The position numbers and the translations under genes are program-made. A DNA stretch of 63,481 nucleotides, counting the filler, from Octopus bimaculoides (lineage: Eukaryota), in assembly GCF_001194135.2 (NCBI RefSeq). It is 5 parts of 5 records of this genome, joined end to end, with 100 filler letters (N's around TTAATTAATTAA, not from the genome) between each part and the next. Parts side by side here need not be neighbours in the genome. Positions count along the whole stretch, not along the records: positions 7,956 to 18,291 come from NC_069002.1; positions 18,392 to 23,043 come from NC_068982.1; positions 23,144 to 38,770 come from NC_068992.1; 2 more parts are not named here. One strand, 5' to 3'. How positions within the stretch are numbered: position 1 is the first letter of the stretch; each line of letters begins with the position of its first letter. Shown here piece after piece: positions 13,031 through 26,767 of the stretch. The notes under the pieces were generated by a model. The model was not told the DNA's origin, searched no databases, and saw nothing but the letters and a program-made list of their open reading frames with translations.

Positions 13031-13639
13031 AGAAAACAATTAACGAGAGCATGGTTCATGCTAACAGGTCAGACTCGTATACGAGTAATTGCTATGCTGA
13101 TGCCGTTATTACACTTTATGTTTAATCAAGTTTTTCAGTCAGTAAAACACATCGATTTCAAATCCAATTCCAGCAACCCAATAATTGGTCCTGACTCTGT
13201 AGCTCCAGTTCTCTTAACACAGCCCTTCGCTTTATCACAAGTGTGATTCTAAAGAATTAAATTTGGCTGACTCCCATCATTTAGTATATCCATACCTACA
13301 TGGCTCAGTGGTTAGAGTGTTGGACTCACAATCATGAGGTGGTGACTTCAATTCATGAATCAAACTGTGTGTTGTGTTCTTGAGCAAGACACTTTATTTC
13401 ACATTGCTCCAGTTCACTCAGCTGTAGAAATGAGCTGTGACATCACTGGTGCTAAGTTGTATCGGCCCCTTTGCCTTTCTCTTGGATAACTTTGGTGGCA
13501 TAGAGAGGGAAAGCTGGTATGCATGGGTGACTGCTGGTCTTCCATAAGCAATCTTGCCCAGATTTGAGCCCAGGAGGGGAACTTTCTGGGTTCAATCCCA
13601 TAGTCATTCATGACTGAAGGGGGTCCCTACCCACATCAA

Positions 13640-13860
13640 CCCTTTGAGATTCACATCACCCTGTCAAATGCTTATATCTTCACATCAGAGTTGGTTATAG
13701 TGTCCCTGTTATTCTTCCTCATCACTCTGTTGTCAGTAAGGATGGTCCTGCGGATGCCTTCAAAGGGAGCTGTTACTTGGTGGACAGTGAGATGCCAGGC
13801 TTCATGGTCAATGGCAAGAATAGAACACTGTGGTGATCAACATGGCAGGAATCAAGGTAC
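13640..13860 (-). mobile_element. RTE-type LINE 3' fragment
   Basis: Minus-strand LAIDHEAWHLTVHQVTAPFEGIRR resembles the RTE C-terminal LA.DR..W......FE..R motif. Confidence 0.45.
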
Positions 13861-14335
13861 TTCAGGGAGTCCTTGTACTTCTTTGATCATCCCACCTTCC
13901 CATGTAGCCCCTGCAGTTGTGCCTGTTTGTCCCAAATTAGATTTGCCAGGCTTCAGCAAACCCGCAGCAGACATGGACGTCCTCCAAGTGTTTGCATGTG
14001 AAACCAAGCCATTAGTGAGATCTTCACATTGTTTTGAATTAATCATATATCATCTCATTAATTAATTAATTAATTAATCATATATCATCTCATAGCTTTG
14101 AGATATCAATAATATTCTTTTGTTTGTTTCAGTCATCTGACTGCAGCCATGCTGGAGCACTGCCTTTAGTCAAACAACTCAACCCTAGATTTTATTCTTT
14201 GTAAGCCTAGTACTTATTCTATCTGTCTCTTTTGCCGAAGTGCTAAGTTACAGGATATAAACACACCAATATCAGTTGTCAAGTGATTGTGGGGACACAA
14301 ACAGACACAAATACATACATACATACATACATACA

Positions 14336-14367
<32 letters not shown>

Positions 14368-14388
14368 CAAATCTTTTAGCATTTAAAT

Positions 14389-14918
14389 GAGGGTTGGGGA
14401 AACCCCTGCCCATGGGTGCAATTGTGCCCGCAATCCCATTTTATTGTGCCCGCAGGCTGGTATACTCCTATGTACAAAATATAGTCAATTTTTCAATTAT
14501 AAAATTTATACAATATTCGTATGGTTCTTTGTGACAATAGGTCGTGTTTCCACTACAACTTAAAACATTTAGACTCGAACAGAAAATCATCCGGCAATTG
14601 CCATTTGAATGGAAATTTTGTTTTCATTATAAAACATATCGCTAGGTTTGTACCAGCCCCTTGAGACCCAACTACACTCTATCTGAAAACTATAGAATAC
14701 CTCATATGTAATATAAATGTCCTAAATTCAGTAGCGGCATTAATGAAGATGTTACATGTTAATTTAATGTGTTAAATTTATCTTTATTAATGTATCTCGA
14801 ATTATCCATAGATATACACAAGATTTACATAGATATAAGAGTTAGAACCTATGATCTGCCTGCGAACCTCTTTTTTGAAAAGTTTTGCCTGCCACTCTAA
14901 AAAGTTTCCCCACCCCTG
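14389..14918. mobile_element. hAT-type MITE with 8-bp TSD
   Basis: TIRs (g)agggttggggaaac / gtttccccacccctg; ATTTAAAT at 14381-14388 and 14919-14926. Confidence 0.85.
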
Positions 14919-16928
14919 ATTTAAATAAACCATAAACAGTCAAAATATTTCATCTGATTTATGTTAAAACTGGTCAGATCTGAGCACTCATACCTACCCA
15001 ACAATGCCATTCTGAAAATAAACAATCACATCATCAAAATCTTGAAGCTAAGAGATAATGTATGATTAATTCAAAAGAATGTGAACAAATTTTAAAGGTG
15101 CAGGAGTGGCCGTGTGGTAAGTAGCTTGCTGACCAATCACGTGACTCTGGGTTCAGTCCCACTGTGCCGCACCTTGGGCAAGTGTCTTCTACTATAGCTT
15201 CAGGCCGAACAAAACCTTGTGAGTGGATTTGCTAGATGGAGACTGAAAGAAGCTCTTCGTGTGTGTGTGTGTGTGTGTCTGTGTTTGTCCCCCACCATTG
15301 CTTGACAACTGATTTTGGTTTGTTTATGTCGACTGTAACCTAGCGGTTTGACAAAAAAAACCAATAGAATAAGTACTAGGCTTACAAAGAATATGTCCTG
15401 GTGTTGACTTTTTCGACTAAAGGCGGTGCTCCAGCATGGCCACAGTCAAATGACTGAAACAAATAAAAAAAAATGCATTAGACATGACAGAGAAATCTGA
15501 ATGCTAAAGTTTGTATTGTTTATTCTGATACTTTCTCAAGCATTAACACAGATATCCACTTTATTTAAGTAATTTGTCCTAAACACTGATGTCCACTTAA
15601 ATATTGTAAAGCTTATCCTGAAGACTTTTCATGTATTATCACAAAATGATGACATCTGTCATCAACACGTTTCATGTGCTTCTGTTTTTATTTTCTCTTT
15701 CAAACAGGTTATCCAGATTTTCTTTCCTCATTCATTACAATTAAACCCATCGCAATTCCCTGGTGAACACCCTAATGACTGCCCAAGGAATGTCAAAAAA
15801 GCTGAGTGAGTACTGTTTTGAGATTTCATTTTTACACCTTTTGTTCCATACGGTGGGAGAGGACGAAATTTCAATGGATTGTTGAACAGGTAAATGTTAT
15901 GTAAAGGTATTTTCGCCAGGTCATGGTTCCATATTCCCATATTGGGCAATGTGTTGTGTTCTTGAGCTAAATATTTCATCACAAGTTGTGCTCTGCAATG
16001 ATTTCAGCATCTCACATGGGACTCACCAACCACCTGTATGAGCAGTATTGATTTGGTGGAGAGAGTGAGCTTATGTACTATATAAACAATTCGATTGCTG
16101 TTGCCAGAGAAGTTGACTGGCTCCCATGCCGGTGACACATAAAAAGCACCATTCGAGCGTGATCGTTACCAGCATCGCCTTACTGGCACTTGTGCCAGTG
16201 GAATGTGAAAAAAAATATTCAAGTGAAGTCGTTGCCAGTGCCGCTGGACTGGCTCCTGACCATTTGAGCATGGCTGTTGCCAGTACTGCCTGACTGGCCA
16301 CCTCGTGCTGGTGGCACATAAAAAGCACCCACTACACTCTCATAGTGGTTGGCGTTAGGAAGGGCATCCAGCTGTAGAAACTCTGCCAGATCAGATTGGA
16401 GCCTGGTGTAGCCATCTGGTTTCACCAGTCCTCAGTAAAATCGTCCAACCCATGCCAGCATGGAAAGCGGACGTTAAACGATGATGATGATGATGATGAA
16501 ACAAAGCACATGTGCAATTTCTTGCAGACATTGCAGATCCATCTTTCTAGGGCTTCAGAGACTACCAACAACCACAAGGCATTTTATATTGGTGAGATGA
16601 AAGAGGAACAAGGATTCAGTTACTCCAATGTTCAAATAGTCTAAAGTTCTGTTAGCCCCCACCACCACCACACATACATTTCTTTCTGTACATTATCTAT
16701 CATTTTTGCTATCTCTTCTAATCACAATATGGATAGAACTCTTCAGAGATCTTCAGTTCCTCCACGACAATGACAGATGGTAGCCAAACTTCCCTCACAG
16801 TCTGTAAAATGCTTATATGCATAGCTCTATATTTAAGAGATGGGAATTATGTACATTATTTACAACAAACAAGATGAGGACAGATACCCGTCAAATGTAA
16901 ATAGTGTATATAAGGTGCATATATGCAT

Positions 16929-16976
<48 letters not shown>

Positions 16977-17445
16977 NNNNNNNNNNNNNNNNNNNNNNNN
17001 NNNNNNNNNNNNNNNNNNNNNNNNNNNNNNNNNNNNNNNNNNNNNNNNNNNNNNNNNNNNNNNNNNNNNNNNNNNNNNNNNNNNNNNNNNNNNNNNNNNN
17101 NNNNNNNNNNNNNNNNNNNNNNNNNNNNNNNNNNNNNNNNNNNNNNNNNNNNNNNNNNNNNNNNNNNNNNNNNNNNNNNNNNNNNNNNNNNNNNNNNNNN
17201 NNNNNNNNNNNNNNNNNNNNNNNNNNNNNNNNNNNNNNNNNNNNNNNNNNNNNNNNNNNNNNNNNNNNNNNNNNNNNNNNNNNNNNNNNNNNNNNNNNNN
17301 NNNNNNNNNNNNNNNNNNNNNNNNNNNNNNNNNNNNNNNNNNNNNNNNNNNNNNNNNNNNNNNNNNNNNNNNNNNNNNNNNNNNNNNNNNNNNNNNNNNN
17401 NNNNNNNNNNNNNNNNNNNNNNNNNNNNNNNNNNNNNNNNNNNNA

Positions 17446-18197
17446 AAGAGTAAATTTATTCAATAAAATCGTCATTGGCTTCAACCATGGCTTCCAGACG
17501 ACTTTGGAATCTCCTGCAACTCTTCTGGATGGTCTCCTTGTTTAAGTTGGTGAATGCTGCCATAATCATTACCTTCAGTTCATCTTTGGTGTTACAAGGA
17601 GTTTTACTGGTCACTCACTCAACTGCGCCCCCACACATAATAATCAAGGAGGTTGCAGTCTGGGGAGTTAGGTTGCCAAGTGTTAGGGGTGATGTAGTTG
17701 GAGAAATTATCTGACCGTCGTGACTGGGTTCAACTGCTTGTGTGACATAGTGCAGAATCTTGTTGCCAGACATAGGGTCTTCTAGCAGCCACCCTCTTGA
17801 CCCAGGGCAGCACTATCTCCTCCAGGCACTTGATGTAAGCCTCTGTGTTGAGTGTGAGGCCATGTGGGAAGATGAATGGAGGCATGATATCGCCATCACT
17901 AGTGATCACTCAAAACACCATTATGTTGGCTGGATGCTTGATTTTTATTATTTTTGTACATGTCCTCAGATTGGCACTCTGAAATTTTCATAATGGAGCT
18001 TCTGGCACAAATACCAAGCAGTACAACATGTCGTTTCCAAATTTCTGGCAAAGTTAATTGTATCACGATGTTGTTTTTCTCACAGGTGGTGCCCAACTGA
18101 TCCTACTATACTGTGTAGTTGACAAAATCAAAAACAAAGATTGCACATACATGAAATTAAAAATATAACATTGTGACAATTTTCCAATCACACCCTG
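17446..18197 (-). mobile_element. maT-type (DD37D) Tc1/mariner deletion derivative with decayed transposase C-terminus
   Basis: Minus-strand translation VITSDGDIMPPFIFPHGL...VWQQDSALCHTS*...WQPNSPDCNLLDYYVWG...EANDDFIE*; 37 residues between the two Asp; terminus tacagggtg at 18199-18191; other end runs into a gap. Confidence 0.85.
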
Positions 18198-18198
18198 T

Positions 18199-18231
<33 letters not shown>

Positions 18232-18232
18232 C

Positions 18233-18263
<31 letters not shown>

Positions 18264-20304
18264 CATATATATATATACATATATATATATANNNNNNNNN
18301 NNNNNNNNNNNNNNNNNNNNNNNNNNNNNNNNNNNTTAATTAATTAANNNNNNNNNNNNNNNNNNNNNNNNNNNNNNNNNNNNNNNNNNNNATATATATA
18401 TATATATATATATATACATCACGGGCTACTTTGAGTTTCCGGCAACCAAATCCACTCACAAGGCTTTGGTCGGCCCGGGACTATAGTAGAAGACACTTGC
18501 CCAAGGTATCACACAGTGGGACTGAACCCGGAACCTTGTGGTTAGGAAGCAAGCTTCTTACCACACAGTCACACCCTCGCCTATATGTCGAAAATTTCAT
18601 AAAAATAATATCCGTTTTTCTGATGTTTATGAGGAAACAAAGTCGGGTGGAAGCACACACTTGTAGGCATCCCTGTGAATATATCCTGTTTGGCACTTAT
18701 TATGTTCATGAGCGTTTGTATGTATTTGTATTTATCTTGCATATGTATGTGTGAGTCATCGTCGTCGTCGTCGTCGTCATGTGTCTTACGCTTTTACAGT
18801 GGATTCACGGTACTACAACGAAAGTCTCCCCGATTAGGCGCGAGATCTCCCTTCGTTCTGACTTTCTCATAGTGCTTTCTTGGCAGAGATATTGGGGTAG
18901 TTTGCCAATGCTTTTCCCAAAAGGCTCAGTGGTTAGAGCGTCGGGCTCACAGTCATGAGGTAGTGAGTTCGATTCCCTGGCTGGGCTGTGTATTGTGTTC
19001 TTGAGCAAGGCACTTTATTTTTCACGTTGGTCCAGTTCACTGAGCTATAGAAATGAATTGCGACGTCACTAGTGCCAAGCTATATCAACTTTTGGCTTTC
19101 CCTTGGATAACATCAGTGGCATGACGATGGGAGGGTGGTAAGCATGGGCGACTGCTTGTCTTCCATAAACAACCATGGCCGACTTGTACCGTAGAGGGTA
19201 AGTATCTAGGTACAATCCCAGGGTCAATCATGACCGAAGTGGATCTTTACCCTTACCCGCAACAGCATGATCGTTGGCCCACAAGAAACTCATCCACCTT
19301 TCTACAGGTCTTATTTTTAGTCCTGCTGGGTGTCCAGGTGCCCCTCTCACAAAGGTAGCATGCTACTCAAGTGGGCGACCCGATTTAATCAATGACTACT
19401 CAACAATGGAGCAGGTAGTATTAGTTTACATGATGCCAGTAGCAGGTTTTATCCCCTGGCATGTCAATATATGTGAGTGGAAATACGAAAATATGAAAAA
19501 TATATGCTCTTCGAATTGTTCTATGTTAATATGATGTAATCTATTTGCACATGTGTATTTATGCACGGTTGTGAAAACCCTAAACTGTGTAATGTGTATT
19601 GTGCATGAAACTGAGTACAATCATATGAGTTTCTGCATATTTTTGTATGTGTGTTAAATGAGTATGTGTGTCTAAGTTCCGCCTAACTGGGTGTCTATGG
19701 TTCTGTATCTGCCAACTTTTGCATGTTTCAGTTATTGGACTGCGGCCATTTGTGGCACTGCGGTGCTGCCTTGAAGGGTTTAGTCGAACAAATCGACCCA
19801 TTTCATTCTTTTAAAGCCCGATATATATTCTGTCGGTGTACTTTTACCAAACCTGTGGTGATAAATTGTGGGGATAAGAATAAGTAAACACTGGTTGTCA
19901 CGCGGTGGTAGGGGACACACATACACACACACACATACACACACACGGCGGGCTTCTTTTAATTTCCGCCAACCATATCCACTCACATGGCATTGGCTGG
20001 TCCTGAGCTATAGTAGAAGACACTTGTCCAAGGTGCCACGCAGTGGGATTGAACCCAAGATTATGTGGTGAAGAAGAAGACTTCTTAACCACTCAACTAC
20101 GTTATCGATGTATACGTACAAAGTTTTAAGAATGTATTTACGTGTGTATAGTCGGTAAGAATGTCTGCATCGGCGCGTTTGTTTGACTCCATGTATAAAA
20201 ATAAGTGTCATACATAATGCATACATACACCTCACCAACACAAACCCATGCAATGCCTTTATGTGTGCCTTTCTAACCACTCACACAACACATGCAGAGA
20301 AAGA

Positions 20305-20390
<86 letters not shown>

Positions 20391-21163
20391 AGTATGTACC
20401 CCAGGTGCGTATTTACAGCTGGGTATATATAGCTATATAATATATATAACAAGGTGTATATTTTCAGCTAGGTATACGCAACCATGTAATATATACAATC
20501 AGGTGTGCATTGTATCCCTCACGAAAATACGCACACACACACACACACACACCACCACCATATATTCAAACATCCATACACATAAATTCGAGCGTACTGT
20601 GTGAGGTGGAGGATGACGCACCACTGTCACGTACATGCATCGCATAGAAATACCAACCAGAAATAACGACTTTGACATTGTTCGAAATATCAGATGTCAC
20701 GGAACAAAATGAACCAACATCAACAGTGTCATGACATCGTGTACGTGTGTATGTGTGTAACACTTTATATACACACGCACACACTCATAACACTTGTGCG
20801 CATATACAGATGATTTTGTTCGTTTGAGATGTGTAAATCACGAAACTTCTCACTTGAGTCAATTACTTAACTTTATGACTAAATAATTTGTAAAACTCGA
20901 TGAAATAGTTGTAGCATTATGCAATAAAACTTGTTCCTGACTCCATTCTCCTTGTTAATGAAATATATGTGTGAGTGTGTGTTTGTGTGTATGCATGTAT
21001 GTATATGTATGTATGTGTATATATATATATATTTATATATATGCATGTATATATATGTATATATGCATGTATGTATATATATATATATGTGTGTATTTAT
21101 ATATATGTATATATGTATATATATATATTTATATATGTATGTATGTGTATATATTTATATATG

Positions 21164-21206
<43 letters not shown>

Positions 21207-21414
21207 CTATCTCTCTCTCTCTCTATATATATATATATAAATATTTATGATTATAAATGTTTTTACCGATAAAGGTTCTTTTCATACTGAACTACTTGGC
21301 AAAATTGTTAATTATTAATTTTATTAATTAATTGGCAATTCCNNNNNNNNNNTGTATGTATGAATGTATGTATGTAGGTAGGTAGGTATGTACGTATATG
21401 TATATGTATATATA

Positions 21415-22678
21415 CATAGGCATGCAGGGAGTAAATAGACACCTTTAACTTTCAATATCTTTTATTTAATACGCAAAGCGAACAATTGAAATATAATCGA
21501 TAGGTAGGTCTACATACTTTAATATTTAATTGACATTCCCTTTGCAGTTTTTAATTCAGAAACTCTTTTTGGCATTGAACTGATGAGCTTTGTGATTGTT
21601 TCTTGTGGAATTTCTTCCCAATTTTCACGCAACAATCGAAACAATTCATCTTTAGATTTAGGTTTCTGTTGAGTTCTTCGTATAGCTCTATCTAGTATGC
21701 TCCAAAGATTCTCAATTGGGTTCATGTCAGGGGATTGGCTCGACCAAGGAAGTTTTTTGATCCCATTTTCAGTCAGCCATTGTTGATTTCTTATCGCTGT
21801 GTGGCATGGAGCCCCATCTTCCATGAATAAAAACTCATTACTTATCGTTATTTTATCGTGTGGATACATCGGAAGTAGTCCTTGCTTAAGTATTTCGATG
21901 TATTTTTCAGAGTTTATGGTTCCAACACATTCGATCAGCTCAGAACGACCATTGCTGGTGACAGCTCCCCTACCATTACAGAGATACCGCCACGTTTCAT
22001 AGTTGGTTGGAGTCCTTTCAAATCAAATTCTTGATTGGGAAGCTTCCCGACCCAAACACGTCCACTGTCTAAAAATAATATAAATCTGGATTCATCTGAA
22101 AAAATCACTCTATCCCAAAATGAATTGGATTTTTCTAACATCTCCTTAGCCCATTTCTTTCTTTTCATGATATTAATTATTTGAAGAAGAGGTTTTCTTC
22201 TAGCTGCTCGTCCATAATACCTAAGCTTATGCAGATATGTAACACACGTTCTTGGACTAACTTGTAGCTGTTTTGCAATGTCAGAAACCTTCGAAGAGGG
22301 TTCGTTTTCCAGAATTCTCTTCAAATAGTGAAGCTTCCTTTCCGAGAGCTCGGGTCGGCTGGGACGAGAATCTATTGATTCTTTTCCTTGGCATCTGAAT
22401 TGCACTATAATTCTGTTAACAGTAGCAAGAAGTTGAAGATTTTCGGCAATTTTTTGCAGCTTCAGATTGCCCAACAATACGACCTCTTTAAAAATCTGAC
22501 AGTTCTGCTGAATTTTTGTGCATGGCATAATTACTCTTCGCAAATGTTTAATATAACGGCACCTGGAATGAAAAAGAATAATTACATCGTAATTTCTACA
22601 CCACTGAAAACCTATTAAGACGCTTAGATCAGAAATTTTGAAATTGAAATTTGTCTATTTACTTCTTGCATGTCTGTG
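21415..22678 (-). mobile_element. Tc1-family DNA transposon (DD34E), full-length size, frameshifted transposase
   Basis: TA-flanked imperfect TIRs (cataggcatgcagggagtaaatagaca / tgtctatttacttcttgcatgtctgtg); ORFs 21935-22543 (AARRKPLL, VIFSDESRF) and 21519-21869 (EDGAPCHT...SPDMNPIENLW) with 34 residues between the second D and E. Confidence 0.95.
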
Positions 22679-23870
22679 TATATAAAGACACCTGTTGTTA
22701 TGTCCTCTTAATATTTTTATTGTATTTATATAACATTGCTCGTTCTTTTTTCGGTCCTTGTTTTTGTATACATTTGCTGCTTTCTTCCAAGGAATCTAAT
22801 GCTCTTAGCTTAGTTTTTCCTTGGGGCTGGCCAGATTGGAGCAATATCGAGTATAACCAGCCGAAACTGCAAAGATAATCTGGATCTCGACTGAGGAAAG
22901 AAAGAAAACTCCGAATGACTTGTCCTTGTTTTCTTTGTATCGTCTATCTGGATGTTTTGTTTTCCCTTTCTTGTATCACCTACCTGTCTGGATGTTTTGC
23001 GTTCTTGTCCCATTTTGTATTATATATATATATATATATATATNNNNNNNNNNNNNNNNNNNNNNNNNNNNNNNNNNNNNNNNNNNNTTAATTAATTAAN
23101 NNNNNNNNNNNNNNNNNNNNNNNNNNNNNNNNNNNNNNNNNNNAAGTCTTGGGAACCCTGATTTTTAAGATATACATGTGTAAAAATAAAAGACTCAGCT
23201 TGTGCAGACTGATATTAAGTGTGTGTGTTGGGTTTGACACTGATAAGGAAAGAGAGACAATAAGAAATTTTGACCGGGTGCTACACAATCTGTTCTGAGG
23301 AGATGGACTGCAAATTAAAAGTCTTTGTTAAAGACCCACCAAGAAGAAAGGCAAAATTGTACATGGCGGGATTTTAACACAGCCGCAAACATTCGGAACT
23401 AATGCTCTGAGGAACGCAACGAGACGTTTTGGCGTAGCCATGTCGGCGCCGCTGATTTGACGCTGACGTATTTGACATGAGACCTTTTGATGTTTCTTTA
23501 CTTCTCTTCCTCCCTCACCCACCGTGTTTACGAGTGTTAGCTTATTTCTGTTTGTGTGTATGAGGAGAAGGAAAGTGTTTATATCATTCATGGTCAATTA
23601 ATAAATTGTAATCTCTCTCTCTCTCTCCCGCCTTCTGTGTATGTATGTTTATGCATGTATGCGTGCTATTGCCTCCAGTACCAAAACATACTCCCGCGAA
23701 AAGGACCATCAGCCGTGCGTTATTGGCTCAATGCACACGAGGAATTCTATCCAAAATTAACGATTGCCAATATTCTGCGTTATTATTCATAACTGGAATT
23801 TGGTTTTGTAGGAATCTAAGAAATGATAATCTTTGGAGTAAAATAAGAGAAACACAAATATACAACTCAC

Positions 23871-23999
23871 AGGGCAGACGCATGGTAAGGCAAAAAAGAA
23901 ACAACAAGCACCACAGCCCAAACAAATGAATCCTTTGTAGTCTCGAAGTTTCGGATATTCATCTTGAATGCAAGTGAGGACCGTCTCAAGCAAACCAAA
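23871..23999 (-). CDS. SLC6 transporter exon (TM9): FGLLETVLTCIQDEYPKLRDYKGFICLGCGACCFFFALPCVCP
   Basis: ctgtttcag acceptor, cct|gtgagt donor; F...ET..T...DE.P.L motif; 129 nt, phase 0-0. Last SLC6 exon I can find in the window. Confidence 0.93.
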
Positions 24000-25325
24000 C
24001 TGAAACAGGAGCGAAGAGAGTTTCAAAGCATGAAATAAAGATAACAAAAAGAGTTTAAAAATAAGCTCTCAACCAAAAAAGAAAAAAAAAACTGAGTTTG
24101 TGTAAAATATAAAAGAAAAATACAGGGAGGGAGATATCAAAATAATATTTAACAGATATTTGGAAGAAAATAGGTTAGAGGAAACTAAAAAGTAATGCGC
24201 TGAAAATATTGAGTGAATTATAAATTTTTGGTCATTAAATTAAGCAATATTTATACCTTCTGAACTCGGTTGAAGATAAATTTGTGCCAGAGTTTCAGTC
24301 AATAAAATGCTGTGCGGTAAGGCACCAGCTCCTGTTTTGTCAACCTTGAATTAACGAAAGGTAAAACCTGACATCAGTGGAATTTTCCTTCACAATGTTG
24401 AACGATAAGATAGCGTTGAGTACTTAGTCTCGCCTTTTGTTTTTTTCTACCACCCAATATTAATAAATCATTTACGTTTTCCTTGTTGGTCTCGACGGGG
24501 AAAAATATAAATACGATTTGACAACGAACAAGGATCAAAGGAGGACGAGGAAGACAGATGATTGTGCTGGGTTGGTCTGTCTGTAAGGTGTGTGTGTGGT
24601 TAGCTAGTCCAAAAGAATATATGCCGTTATAGCAGCCGTAGAAGGTGAACAAAGAGATACAACATATGTGAGTTAATTGTATAATAGAAGCCTGTTGGTG
24701 ACCTCCTCTGTGATAACCAGCCGAATAACTTTCTTTAAGGCGAGTTCTACTGTGTTTGTGTAGATGTTGCAACAATAAGGTTTGTATTAGAATTTCGCCA
24801 GGGTTGTCTTCGGTATTCGTCTCCCTGATCCTGGTTAATTAATGTACTGGAATTTATTTACTCGCTTACATCTCTTGTTATAACTTTTGATCTTAAGCAC
24901 AAACGCATGGCCTGGCGTCCCGCTACGTGGCACCTTCTGCTATGGCACCGGGCGTACCAAAGCTTTGCGAGTTAGTTTGGTAGAAAAAAAATAAACTGAA
25001 AGAAACCTTTCGTGTGAGCGCGTAGTAGCTGTGTGTGGGGCTTCTTGACTCGGAATTGCTCGATCGTCTTAAACGATCGCCACTGTCATCTGTTTGCAAT
25101 GTTCCGTGAAAAAGACGTCTGGAGAAATATCACCTTGATTGGAAACAGGTGAGGGTTAACGCCAGGAAGGGTACTCGGCCGTAAAAAATATTCCTGAATG
25201 AATTCCGTCTAATGCTGCCAAGCATGAAAAAGTGGACGTTAAAACGGTGATGATGCTGAAGGATGTAGAATATTTGATCTGATTGAGGGTATTATACAAG
25301 AAATATATAAACAATGTTGATTTAC

Positions 25326-25438
25326 CTCACTGTCCAGTCCAAGGATGAATAACATGAAAAAGAAAAGAATTGACCAGAGTTGAGGAATCGGAAGACGCGC
25401 CAAAGCTTCAGGATATACGACGAAGGCCAACTCGAAAC
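25326..25438 (-). CDS. SLC6 transporter exon (EL4/TM8): (G)[37 protein letters not shown]
   Basis: cttttgtag acceptor, gag|gtaaat donor; LAF..YPEA...LP...LWS.LFF.ML..LGLDS motif; 113 nt, phase 1-0. Confidence 0.97.
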
Positions 25439-26245
25439 CTACAAAAGAAAAGAGAAACGAAATTTTTTTTTATCTTTTGCTTGTTTCAATCAATAGTCTG
25501 CGGCCATGCTGGGGCACAACCTAGAAGGGTCGCATGAATCGAACCCCAGTACTTATTTGTAATCTTGATACTTATTCTGCCGCTCGCTGTTTAATAACCG
25601 CTAAGGTATGAGGATGTAAACAAACCAACACCAATTATCAAGTGATGTTGGGACACACAAACACACAAACTTACACGCATTACATACACATACATACAGG
25701 GGCTTCTTTCAGTTTCCGTCTACCAAATCTACTCACAATACGCTGGTTGCTCCGAGGGTACAATAGTAGACATTTGCTCAAGGTACCAAGCATTGGGACT
25801 GAATCCAGACCCGTGTGGTTGACCAGCAAATTTCCTACCACACAGCGATGCCTGATCACAAACACACACACACACATTATTTTTTATTTGTTTCAGCCAT
25901 GCCGCTGCGGTCATGCTGGAGCACCACCGTGGTTTTGTAACGTTATTTATGATTATCTTTCCGCTGATTCTCTCAGACTGGTGGTAGGGATACATTAGGT
26001 CAAACACCGACATAACAGAAAATGACACGAAAACAAGCAATCACCCACGCACAACACCACATAACACATCAAAATCATACACATGACAGGTAACACGTAA
26101 CACATACACATAGCACGTAACACACTGAAATCTCTCTACCCGGATGCAGTAGGGAGATTCCAAAACTACTCATAAAAAAATGTATAAAAACCCTCTAAGA
26201 GAAGACTGGCAGGTGAAGAACCAAGAACTTTCGGACAGTAAGTAA

Positions 26246-26297
<52 letters not shown>

Positions 26298-26767
26298 NNN
26301 NNNNNNNNNNNNNNNNNNNNNNNNNNNNNNNNNNNNNNNNNNNNNNNNNNNNNNNNNNNNNNNNNNNNNNNNNNNNNNNNNNNNNNNNNNNNNNNNNNNN
26401 NNNNNNNNNNNNNNNNNNNNNNNNNNNNNNNNNNNNNNNNNNNNNNNNNNNNNNNNNNNNNNNNNNNNNNNNNNNNNNNNNNNNNNNNNNNNNNNNNNNN
26501 NNNNNNNNNNNNNNNNNNNNNNNNNNNNNNNNNNNNNNNNNNNNNNNNNNNNNNNNNNNNNNNNNNNNNNNNNNNNNNNNNNNNNNNNNNNNNNNNNNNN
26601 NNNNNNNNNNNNNNNNNNNNNNNNNNNNNNNNNNNNNNNNNNNNNNNNNNNNNNNNNNNNNNNNNNNNNNNNNNNNNNNNNNNNNNNNNNNNNNNNNNNN
26701 NNNNNNNNNNNNNNNNNNNNNNNNNNNNNNNNNNNNNNNNNNNNNNNNNNNNNNNNNNNNNNNNNNC

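Noticed and set aside
23640-23740. SLC6 TM10 exon remnant (..VLVLEAIA..)
   Set aside because: The motif is too short, in-frame stops flank it, and there is no GG.Y...L.D motif or acceptor.
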